From contig CAZTBA010000001.1 in NCBI GenBank assembly GCA_964611725.1, positions 1,117 to 65,116 of the forward strand: a stretch of DNA of 64,000 bases, in the 5' to 3' direction. Shown one piece after another: positions 16,495 to 24,341 of the stretch; the stretch's first letter is position 1, and every line of letters starts with the position of its first letter. This stretch comes from an uncultured bacterium (GTDB taxonomy: Bacteria; Latescibacterota; CAZTBA01). A program made the translations under genes and the position numbers. Below the pieces are notes generated by a model, which saw nothing but the letters and a program-made list of their open reading frames with translations, searched no databases and was not told the DNA's origin.

Positions 16495-17274
16495 TCACTT
16501 TGACTCGTGCAGGCTTTCCTGGTTCTGGAAATGAGCTGACAGAACGAAGTTATACGGTGGCCATGGGCCGCTCAGGAGAAGCTTCGCAGGCCCTTTCATA
16601 TTAATTTGCCTGAACGCCTTGCGAAATAGTTGCACAGAACTCCTTGGCACGAGAAAGTAAAGAGAGAGCAAGTGGTTCCTGGTCAATAAACGAGATCCTT
16701 TCTTGCTTTGTACAAAGAGATCCGAGAGAGAGCTGCAGATCCTTTCCATGATCATGCTCTGTTCAAACACTACCCGGTCTTTTACAGCATACCGATTCGT
16801 CTGTGCGGTCAGATAAGCTCGCCCGGGATTTTCCACCGTACCTGTGAGGGTTAGGTTTGCTTTCGCTGGGCTGCAGATGGCCAAATCCGTGCTGAAATGA
16901 GAGATAGAATAAGGGGCCTCACCAGGCAGAAGAATGCGAATCCCCATCTCTACACAGCCTTCTAACCTTCTAAGGAGCGTTTTGTATTGCTTGCAACGTT
17001 CTTTGAGTAGCTGAATGACTTGGGATTCTTCCTCAAACAGGCATCCATAACGCATTGGGATAACTGTACGCTCACGATGAAATGATTCAATAACCTTTTC
17101 GTAAACTAGGGCCGGGGAGATGTCAGGAACCAGGTCCGAATCGGAAATACCGGAGATAGCAGCACTGAGGCCATTGTTTGTGACCAGAAAAACAGGTTGA
17201 CTCTCAACTCCCAAAATGGCTTCCCGCTTTTGATATTCCGAGCTTTGAAAAATGCAATAAAGCAGATATCTCAT
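16495..17274 (-). CDS. GvpF/GvpL-family gas vesicle protein (second paralogue)
   Basis: YLLYCIF...AAISGISD...YEKVIESF...VIPMRYG...VEMGIRILL...LSGPWPPYNF. Confidence 0.8.
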   Translation of the reverse strand: MRYLLYCIFQSSEYQKREAILGVESQPVFLVTNNGLSAAISGISDSDLVPDISPALVYEKVIESFHRERTVIPMRYGCLFEEESQVIQLLKERCKQYKTLLRRLEGCVEMGIRILLPGEAPYSISHFSTDLAICSPAKANLTLTGTVENPGRAYLTAQTNRYAVKDRVVFEQSMIMERICSSLSDLFVQSKKGSRLLTRNHLLSLYFLVPRSSVQLFRKAFRQINMKGPAKLLLSGPWPPYNFVLSAHFQNQESLHESK

Positions 17275-18107
17275 AGTTTTGGCTCCGTTTCAAGAGAAGG
17301 GGAAAAGCTGTAGGGAGGCCATGGTCCTGATAGCCCGACGACCAACCCCTGTGGCATATTCTCTATATTTGCCTGATCAATCTGTGCTCGAAAATCCGTC
17401 ACTGCACTCCGCGGCACCAGGAAGGCCCAATTCAGGACCATATCACTCCCTGTGTCGCCAGAGGAGAGCACCCTACGTTCATAAAAATCTAAGGCATAAC
17501 TGTTCAAGTTATTCACGATTTCTTTGCAGACCCCTTTCAACCAATGGTTCAACTTCTTCTCTACACTCGCCCGGATTCGCTGTTCCTGAAAATAGCGCTT
17601 TCCTGGAGATGATGAGAGTTTTTCTTTTTGGTTATCTAGGATCCTGGAGAAAAGTTGCTCTCGGGCCTTTGTTCTATCCAGCAAACCTTTGACCGCCCAC
17701 TCATCCTTATCAGCTACCCGGTCCAAAAAACGCGATATCGCACTATAGTGCCTTTTCAAGCGTTCCTCTAGGCTTTCTATCGAAGAGAAAATGGTTCCGA
17801 ACCGGATCGGGAGCACGGGAGAGCGATGCATCACCTGCTCGACGACCTCCTCGTGTCGGGAAGCACGGGGTCCAACCCAGGATAGATCCTGCATTCTGGA
17901 TTCTGCCAATGGCCCACAGAAATCCTCAAGGGAAATCACGCTCAATACCGCAGCAATATCCAGGAAATTCCACAGGAAAAGAGAATTTTGGCCGTCAACG
18001 CCTTTCCCTTCGATAGCTGATGGGGTATTTCGACGGGCAAAACAAAACAGGTAGATACCCTCGCGTCCACCTTTCTGAATTTTAAGGTTGCTGCAATTAT
18101 CGGGCAT
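17271..18107 (-). CDS. GvpF/GvpL-family gas vesicle protein (third paralogue)
   Basis: GIYLFCFAR...AAVLSVISLEDF...HEEVVEQVM...VLPIRFGT...LSGPWPPYSF. Start moved to ATG 18107, because the longer track ORF would read through the upstream receiver gene. Confidence 0.75.
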   Translation of the reverse strand: MPDNCSNLKIQKGGREGIYLFCFARRNTPSAIEGKGVDGQNSLFLWNFLDIAAVLSVISLEDFCGPLAESRMQDLSWVGPRASRHEEVVEQVMHRSPVLPIRFGTIFSSIESLEERLKRHYSAISRFLDRVADKDEWAVKGLLDRTKAREQLFSRILDNQKEKLSSSPGKRYFQEQRIRASVEKKLNHWLKGVCKEIVNNLNSYALDFYERRVLSSGDTGSDMVLNWAFLVPRSAVTDFRAQIDQANIENMPQGLVVGLSGPWPPYSFSPSLETEPKL

Positions 18108-18522
18108 GGCGGCCCTCCATGTTTCTCCCAAGAGCACATTCGGATTCAAGAGCTTCTCGGACCACAGCACGTAATTCATTGTAGTCAAATGGCTTCGTGA
18201 GGTAGTCATAAGCCCCAATCTCCATGGCGCTCCGAACCGTGTCTTGCGAACCAAAGCCAGTGAGAATGATAACCTGGATATCCTTATCCATCGCTTTGAG
18301 TTCGCCCAATACCTGGATGCCATTGCAGTCGGGCAAATTCAAATCTAAAATAACTAAATTCGGTCTGATTCTCGCAGCAATATTCACCGCCTGATTTCCA
18401 TTTTCCGCCCAAACTGTCACATAATTATCGGAGGAAAAAATTTCTGAGAGCACGTTGAATACGTTCTTTTCGTCTTCCACGATGAGTATAGTCCCTCTTT
18501 CTTTGGGTGGGCTGGTCTTCAT
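18097..18522 (-). CDS. single-domain response regulator
   Basis: ILIVEDEKN...LVILDLNLPDCNG...YDYLTKPF. Confidence 0.85.
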   Translation of the reverse strand: MKTSPPKERGTILIVEDEKNVFNVLSEIFSSDNYVTVWAENGNQAVNIAARIRPNLVILDLNLPDCNGIQVLGELKAMDKDIQVIILTGFGSQDTVRSAMEIGAYDYLTKPFDYNELRAVVREALESECALGRNMEGRHAR

Positions 18523-18615
18523 GATATATCACCCCTATGTTACGCAAGCACGCCTACCAGGATACTCGCCTATCCTGGCACGTAGGGGCTTATGTATTAA
18601 CAGGACGCTGTTTCA

Positions 18616-19098
18616 TCATAAGCCCCTGTCTCTTTTTCTTGGCAAAATAATTTCAAGCACTCCATTCCTGAAATTTTCGACGCATTTTTCGATATCAACT
18701 TCCGGCGGCAACATAATTTCTTCTCGAAACTCTTGACCTTCTCGCTTGGCATATATAGTATACCTCTCCGGCGTCATATTCAGTGAAATATCGCCACGTC
18801 TGAACCCGCCCAGATCAATTACGATTAGTACTTCCTCGGCTTCATGAAAGACATCGACGAGAGGTCGCTTTATTCTCTTGAACAGAGGCTTTGTCTGGAA
18901 TCGCCAGTTCCGGGGCTTTTTAAAAGCCCCGGTCGGGAAGGTAGTCTCAGGCGAAGGTTGACCCTTGTCAGCCCTCAAGTGCCAGCCGCTGCTGAATTGC
19001 AACCGCAGACCAATATTCAAATGTGAGCGGCCGCGTTTGCGGTTACGCAGCTCCTGAGATACATCCCGCATCGTCCTGGGAGGAATAGATCGAGGCAT
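18616..19098 (-). CDS. Hsp20/alpha-crystallin-domain protein; start uncertain
   Basis: VDVFHEAEEVLIVIDLGGFRRGDISLNMTPERYTIYAKR...REEIMLPPEVDIEKCVENFRNGVLEIILPRK is an ACD core. Confidence 0.7.
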   Translation of the reverse strand: MPRSIPPRTMRDVSQELRNRKRGRSHLNIGLRLQFSSGWHLRADKGQPSPETTFPTGAFKKPRNWRFQTKPLFKRIKRPLVDVFHEAEEVLIVIDLGGFRRGDISLNMTPERYTIYAKREGQEFREEIMLPPEVDIEKCVENFRNGVLEIILPRKRDRGL

Positions 19099-19147
19099 AT
19101 TAATAACCCTATTTCCTAGAACCGCTGTGTGAACAGCTCAGAATTAT

Positions 19148-21274
19148 TTACTGTGCTTCCTCCAGGGCTTTGAGCAGGTCTTCCATCGTAATTCGCGGCT
19201 TCATCGCCTCGTCAGCTTTTTTTCTACCGTCCATGGTCTCTACCTCCCGGCGTACGGCATCCAGGGCAGCCTTGTGGCAAACTGCGGCGATATCCGCGCC
19301 GCTGAACCCTTCGGTTCTAGCTGCTAGTTCCCCTGAATCGATTTCTGCCGTCAGAGGTTTGTTACGCAGATGAACCTCGAAAATTTCCCTGCGCTCTTTC
19401 TCGTCGGGCATTGGGATCTCCACGATCTCGCCAAAACGGCCCGGTCTGAGCACAGCCGGGTCTAGCATATCCAACCTATTCGTCGCCCCGAGCACCAGAA
19501 CCCCTTTCAGTTCCTCGATCCCGTCGAATTCTGCCAAGAACTGGCTGAGGACCCGTTCGGCGACGTGGGAATCCGATGAACTCGAACTCCGCACAGGAAC
19601 CAGTGCATCAATCTCGTCGAAGAAAACGATGCATGGAGCAGCCTGTCTAGCCTTGTGAAACACCTCTCGCACCCCCCGCTCTGACTCTCCAACATATTTG
19701 GAAAGGAGAGCGGGACCCTTCATTGATATAAAGTTCACTCCGCTTTCGTTGGCAATCGCTTTGGCCAACAAGGTCTTGCCACACCCAGGTGGACCTGACA
19801 GGAGGATACCTTTAGGAGGCCTGATCCCTGCCTGCTCAAAGAGATGGGGATATCTCAGAGGCCACTCGACCGCTTCCACCAGACACTTTTTGATGGCTGT
19901 AAGGCCAGCCACGTCCTGCCAGCGGACGTCCGGGACCTCGACGAACACTTCCCGAATGGCCGATGGCTCGATCTCCCGCAGTGCGGCAAGAAAGTCGTCC
20001 ATGTGCACCTCGAGTTTCGTGAGCTGTTCGTAGGGGATACTGGTCAAACCAAAATCAATATCAGGTATAATGTGGCGCAAACAGATCATAGCAGCTTCTC
20101 GGCACAGGGCCTCGAGATCGGCCCCGACAAAACCGTGTGTGATCTCCGCCAGGTGGGTCATGTCCACATCCTGGGCCAAGGGCATCCCGCGGCTGTGGAT
20201 TTCCAGAATCTCCAGCCTTCCGTTGCGGTCGGGAATAGGAATGGAGATCTCTCTGTCAAAACGGCCTGGGCGCCGCAGTGCCGGATCGAGGACATTAGGA
20301 ATATTCGTGGCTGCGATGACAATGACGTTCTGGCGTTTGGTGAGCCCATCCATCAAGGCAAGTAGTTGCGCCACTATCCGTTTCTCCACATCTCCTACCA
20401 CCTGTTCACGTCTGGGAGCGATGGCATCGATCTCATCCAAGAAAACTATGCTCGGGCTCTTCTGGGTGGCTTCCTCGAAGATCCTGCGTAGGTGAGCCTC
20501 ACTCTCTCCATAAAACTTGTGCACAACTTCCGGACCACTCACGGAGAAGAAATTTGCCTCGGTCTCATGGGCAATCGCCCGAGCGATAAGGGTCTTACCG
20601 CATCCAGGGGGACCGTGGAGAAGGACTCCCTTGGGCGCATCGATTCCCAACCGCTCAAATACCTCTGGATAGCGGAGAGGAAGTTCGATCATCTCCCGTA
20701 TACGCTGGAGCTGCAATTTAAGTCCTCCGATGTCCTCGTACGACACTGCACGAGCGCCCTCTTCTTTTCGCGTCTTTCCAATTACAAGTTGAGTGGCCGG
20801 GTTAATAAGCACAGGCCCTCTCGGGGTCGTGCTCTCCACCTTGAAATCAGCCGAGCGGCTGCCAAACAGGGTGGCTCGGATCCGATCTCCCTCCTGGACG
20901 GGCAGGCCATCCAGGAGGCCGCCAATATACTTCAAGTCACGCTCCGCAGGGGTGATATTCGTCGGGGCGAGCACCACACGCCCTGCTGGCCGAGAGGTGA
21001 TCTTGCAAACCATAACAAACTCGTCGAGCCCAACGCCTGCATTCTCCCGGGTAAGTCCATCCAATTGAATTCGGGACTGGTCGCGTAGTTCCTTGTAAGC
21101 TGGCATTGCCTTACATACAGTATCTCTCTTCCCAGCAACTCTCACGATGTCACCGATAGCCACCTGTAGTTTCTCCATGTCTTCTGGTCCTATGCGGGCA
21201 AAGGCCCGTCCCACATCCTTACTGAGGGCTTCCGTTACCTTGAGTTTTAGAGTCAAGTCTTCGGACTTCTCCAT
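19148..21274 (-). CDS. CDC48/VCP-like double-ring AAA+ ATPase
   Basis: CDC48-type N domain, then two AAA modules: LLHGPPGCGKTL...VFLDEIDA and LLSGPPGCGKTL...VFFDEIDA, with second-region-of-homology arginines. Confidence 0.9.
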   Translation of the reverse strand: MEKSEDLTLKLKVTEALSKDVGRAFARIGPEDMEKLQVAIGDIVRVAGKRDTVCKAMPAYKELRDQSRIQLDGLTRENAGVGLDEFVMVCKITSRPAGRVVLAPTNITPAERDLKYIGGLLDGLPVQEGDRIRATLFGSRSADFKVESTTPRGPVLINPATQLVIGKTRKEEGARAVSYEDIGGLKLQLQRIREMIELPLRYPEVFERLGIDAPKGVLLHGPPGCGKTLIARAIAHETEANFFSVSGPEVVHKFYGESEAHLRRIFEEATQKSPSIVFLDEIDAIAPRREQVVGDVEKRIVAQLLALMDGLTKRQNVIVIAATNIPNVLDPALRRPGRFDREISIPIPDRNGRLEILEIHSRGMPLAQDVDMTHLAEITHGFVGADLEALCREAAMICLRHIIPDIDFGLTSIPYEQLTKLEVHMDDFLAALREIEPSAIREVFVEVPDVRWQDVAGLTAIKKCLVEAVEWPLRYPHLFEQAGIRPPKGILLSGPPGCGKTLLAKAIANESGVNFISMKGPALLSKYVGESERGVREVFHKARQAAPCIVFFDEIDALVPVRSSSSSDSHVAERVLSQFLAEFDGIEELKGVLVLGATNRLDMLDPAVLRPGRFGEIVEIPMPDEKERREIFEVHLRNKPLTAEIDSGELAARTEGFSGADIAAVCHKAALDAVRREVETMDGRKKADEAMKPRITMEDLLKALEEAQ

Positions 21275-21293
21275 TTAGTGCCTCCTATAAGAG

Positions 21294-21818
21294 CTACCTG
21301 ACGCATTTGATCTCAAGAATACCATTGTTACAGGAAATGATCATCTTCTCCCCGGGATAGCTCCTGGGCAGCATAACCTCTTTGCGATATTTTTTGTCTC
21401 CTTTCTCCGCGTGAATGGTGAGCAAATCATCCTTGGCTTCGAGGCGAACATCCTCGACGCTGATACCAGGCATCTCAGCCACGACCAGGGTGTGATCTTC
21501 TTCCTCAAAGACATCTACCACGGGCTCACGGACCTCCTGGACTACGGGCTCTCCAGATTTCTCATCTCTGCGGATGTTTCCAAAAGGCTCTACCCGAAAC
21601 TTCTCGCCTCCCAAGCCGACCTTGACGTTGAAACCGTAAATACCCTTGATCTCCTTTCCTAAGCCACGAATTTCCCCAGCTTTGGAAATCTCTTGTCCTT
21701 TCTCAGCCAACTCGCCAAGATTCTCCACCAGATCTGCCAGACCCTTCAGTATCCCCCCGAGGCCAGATGTAGATTCACCCTCTGGAGGCTTGTTTTTACC
21801 TGTTTTCTTCTTGACCAT
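21294..21818 (-). CDS. Hsp20/alpha-crystallin-domain protein (second copy)
   Basis: VDVFEEEDHTLVVAEMPGISVEDVRLEAKDDLLTIHAEK...KEVMLPRSYPGEKMIISCNNGILEIK. Start set at ATG 21818 behind GAGGAGGGAG. Confidence 0.8.
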   Translation of the reverse strand: MVKKKTGKNKPPEGESTSGLGGILKGLADLVENLGELAEKGQEISKAGEIRGLGKEIKGIYGFNVKVGLGGEKFRVEPFGNIRRDEKSGEPVVQEVREPVVDVFEEEDHTLVVAEMPGISVEDVRLEAKDDLLTIHAEKGDKKYRKEVMLPRSYPGEKMIISCNNGILEIKCVR

Positions 21819-21971
21819 AATTCTCCCTCCTCTTACTAAACTTTCTGCGTAATGATTTGGAAAATCGCTGAAAGCCACTAAAGGATTGACCTTGTGCTCA
21901 GATCTTTGTTCGAATGAGCCGAAAAGTTTTTATCCCTTGTGATGAACAAGCTTGCGCAACCTCCATTTTTA

Positions 21972-23426
21972 TCATCCACGCAATGAGTCTATTGTGATAC
22001 TATATTCTTTCACCTTCGAATGAATAGTCTTGTAATCGATCTGAAGTAATCGAGCTGCTTTGGCCTTGTTACCTCCCGTCTTGCGCAGCACTTGGACTAG
22101 AACCTGTCGTTCAACAGCAATGGTGTTGCAGCGCACGATTTCTTTGAGAGAAAGGCCATTATGTAGCATTTTTTGAACTTCCGGGGGGAACTCCGAATCA
22201 GATGTCCCATTGGTATCAAGATGCTCATCCGAGGAAAACGTCAAACTAGATGTCCTATTGATATTAAGATGCTCCTCAGTGATGAACTCATCAGCCAGAA
22301 GCACCGCCCGGCGTATGGTGGATCGAAGCTCCCGAACATTCCCAGGCCAGTTGAAAGTGAGCAGGGCTTCGATAGCAGATTCCGAAAACCTTCTTACATC
22401 TTTGTTCAATTCTACATTTGTAATATCCAAAAACCTATTAGCCAGGTGGAAAATGTCTTCTCTGCGTTCCCGAAGTGGTGGGACTGTAATAGTGAATTCA
22501 TTCAACCGGAAAAAGAGGTCTCGGCGGATCAAACCCGATGCAACTGAGGTCTTGAGATCCTTGTTACTGGCAACCAGGAGACGAACGTCAATATTTATAG
22601 GCTTGGTAGCCCCCACACGGTAGAGCGTTTTCTCCTGAATTACACGCAACAGTTTAGCCTGAGAACTCAAAGGCATATTTGAGATCTCGTCTAGAAAAAG
22701 TGTCCCACCTTGAGCTACCTCGAATTTCCCGGACTCCTGTGTCTCTGCACCCGTGAAAGCTCCCTTTTCGTGGCCGAACAGCTCGCTCTCAAAAAGCGTT
22801 TCCGGAATTGCACCACAATCAACAGGGACAAAAGGGTTTCCTGAGCGAGGACTGGCATAGTGGATGGTTCTGGCGACAAGCTCCTTTCCTGTTCCGGTTT
22901 CCCCTAGGATGACCACGCTAAAATCTGATTTCGCCACACGGTTCACGCCAGAAATGAGGCGGCCAATTGTATCACTTGGTCCCATCATTTCCCGGAGGGA
23001 AGGAACCATCATATCTTGGACTTGCTTGGATTGGTGATTGCGCTTTCGTTTAACCCACCGTTCGGCCAGCGCCCGGCGCACCACCCGGATCACCTCGTTG
23101 TGATCGAATGGTTTGGCCAAGTAATCGTAGGCACCCGCCCTCATCGCCTCAACGGCCCCACTAATCCCAGCATAGGCGGTAATTATGACAACCGGAAGGT
23201 CCGGGTCCAATTCCCTTGTTCGCTTCAGCACCTCCATCCCATCCATACCCGGCATCCTGATATCCAATAACAATACTTCGGGTGCCTCAGAGTGGATTAT
23301 CTTTAGCGCTGTATCCCCATCGTAAGCCACCAGGGTTTCAAGTCCTTCTCTCCCCATAAGACGAGAGAGGATCTTACATATATCTTCCTCATCGTCAACT
23401 ATCAAGACCTTGGCGTCCGATTTCAT
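21972..23426 (-). CDS. sigma54-dependent transcriptional activator (REC / AAA+ / Fis-type HTH; NtrC family, GvrA-like position)
   Basis: Receiver VLIVDDEED...[12 protein letters not shown]; Walker A GETGTGKE; GAFTGA loop (EKGAFTGA); C-terminal [27 protein letters not shown] 23426 is preferred over GTG 23441. Confidence 0.9.
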   Translation of the reverse strand: MKSDAKVLIVDDEEDICKILSRLMGREGLETLVAYDGDTALKIIHSEAPEVLLLDIRMPGMDGMEVLKRTRELDPDLPVVIITAYAGISGAVEAMRAGAYDYLAKPFDHNEVIRVVRRALAERWVKRKRNHQSKQVQDMMVPSLREMMGPSDTIGRLISGVNRVAKSDFSVVILGETGTGKELVARTIHYASPRSGNPFVPVDCGAIPETLFESELFGHEKGAFTGAETQESGKFEVAQGGTLFLDEISNMPLSSQAKLLRVIQEKTLYRVGATKPINIDVRLLVASNKDLKTSVASGLIRRDLFFRLNEFTITVPPLRERREDIFHLANRFLDITNVELNKDVRRFSESAIEALLTFNWPGNVRELRSTIRRAVLLADEFITEEHLNINRTSSLTFSSDEHLDTNGTSDSEFPPEVQKMLHNGLSLKEIVRCNTIAVERQVLVQVLRKTGGNKAKAARLLQIDYKTIHSKVKEYSITIDSLRG

Positions 23427-24063
23427 TTTCTTTCTCTCCACGACTAAAAGGTCGGTTGATCGGGTAAATTACACGGATATCCTTGTTGAGCTGATTTTCC
23501 AATGAGTGAAGCATCCCCAGAAAAAGAATTCCCGTTTTACCAACGCAAAGGGTACGATTGATGCGATCAGAGATGTATTGATCACGCCTTTTGAGTAAGT
23601 CTTCCAAAGCCTTTTGGGTAATTTTAACCTTGGGCGTTTCTAATGAATCTCCTGCGGCCAGTAACTGTTTAATGAGTTTGTACTCTTCCACAAGAAGCTC
23701 TGAAGATTCGGTTCCCATGATCGTAGCGCCCTTCTCTATCAAGCGGAGAAGGAGCTGATGATTCCGACTTCCCGTCTTTGCTAGCTCTGTGACAATTTCG
23801 GCCTCTCGACCACAAACGGGCAAACCATCTTGGTAAAGACGAACTCTTTTGTAGGAGAAGGCCAAACTGTCAATTACCTGCTCGATCTCCGTCCACATTT
23901 TATCTATCAGATTCACCTTGCGATTCCAACCTCTTTTGTCCAGCTTTTGGAGCATTGCTCGCCGCAACGATTCACCGAGAGTGCCCATATCGGCCTCGGT
24001 ATGAATTATGGGGATGTAAATCAGAGTCCTCGCAGGAACCTTAGAGCTGGTAACTTTGTTCAT
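23395..24063 (-). CDS. hypothetical protein, first gene of the activator operon
   Basis: 222-aa ORF with AGGAAGAGG before the ATG. No motif recognised. Confidence 0.5.
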   Translation of the reverse strand: MNKVTSSKVPARTLIYIPIIHTEADMGTLGESLRRAMLQKLDKRGWNRKVNLIDKMWTEIEQVIDSLAFSYKRVRLYQDGLPVCGREAEIVTELAKTGSRNHQLLLRLIEKGATIMGTESSELLVEEYKLIKQLLAAGDSLETPKVKITQKALEDLLKRRDQYISDRINRTLCVGKTGILFLGMLHSLENQLNKDIRVIYPINRPFSRGEKENEIGRQGLDS

Positions 24064-24094
24064 CCTCTTCCTAAAGTTTTTAGTATTTCTCTAT

Positions 24095-24135
24095 CTATGG
24101 AAATAATTCCATAGCGATAATTCCATAGTTTATGG
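24095..24135 (-). promoter_or_regulatory. operator-like repeat cluster (CTATGGAA-N4-TTCCATAG palindrome plus a direct copy of ATAATTCCATAG)
   Basis: Plus strand: ctatggaaataattccatag cg ataattccatag tttatgg, 32-72 nt upstream of the ATG at 24063. Confidence 0.35.
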
Positions 24136-24288
24136 TGTAAATTTCATATATCGAGCGATATTCCCAGCTTTACAGGCCTCTTTCTTAAAAGGAGCACAAA
24201 ACGATAACTCTCACAGTGAAATAAAGTTAGATCAGAGAAACTTAGCTCACTTCACTCGTAAGTAGGCTCAACACGTCAATTTCAATAA

Positions 24289-24304
24289 CGCAATCTTTAT
24301 GCCA
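24289..24304 (-). promoter_or_regulatory. sigma54 (-24/-12) promoter upstream of the hypothetical-protein/activator operon
   Basis: The minus strand reads TGGCAT-aaaga-TTGCG, with consensus spacing and a TTGC -12 box. It lies ~230 nt upstream of ATG 24063. Confidence 0.55.
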
Positions 24305-24341
24305 AACTCGTCTTCCTGTGGAATACTACCTTTGGCTTCGC

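Noticed and set aside
17271-18323. Long version (350 aa) of the third GvpF/L ORF, and likewise the 333-aa version of 60205..61206
   Set aside because: The N-terminal extensions read through the 3' ends of the upstream receiver and kinase genes in another frame. Internal ATGs with SD sequences (18107 and 60894) give proteins that begin where family homology begins.
18545-18590. TGGTAG-N6-TTGC on the minus strand and TGGCAC on the plus strand upstream of the REC-GvpF/L genes, plus the palindrome CCAGGATA-N6-TATCCTGG
   Set aside because: The spacing is GG-N11-GC, one base too long for sigma54. The plus-strand hit faces no gene. The palindrome may be a binding site, but I have no support for that.
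1940-21088. Many 60-310-aa + strand ORFs inside kinase, gvp and CDC48 genes (for example 1940..2599, 10181..11110, 12488..13105, 13263..13895, 19844..20365, 20492..21088)
   Set aside because: All lie antisense to genes with clear family motifs. They are rich in Ser, Arg, Leu and Pro as expected for antisense frames, and none has a ribosome-binding site or a recognisable domain.
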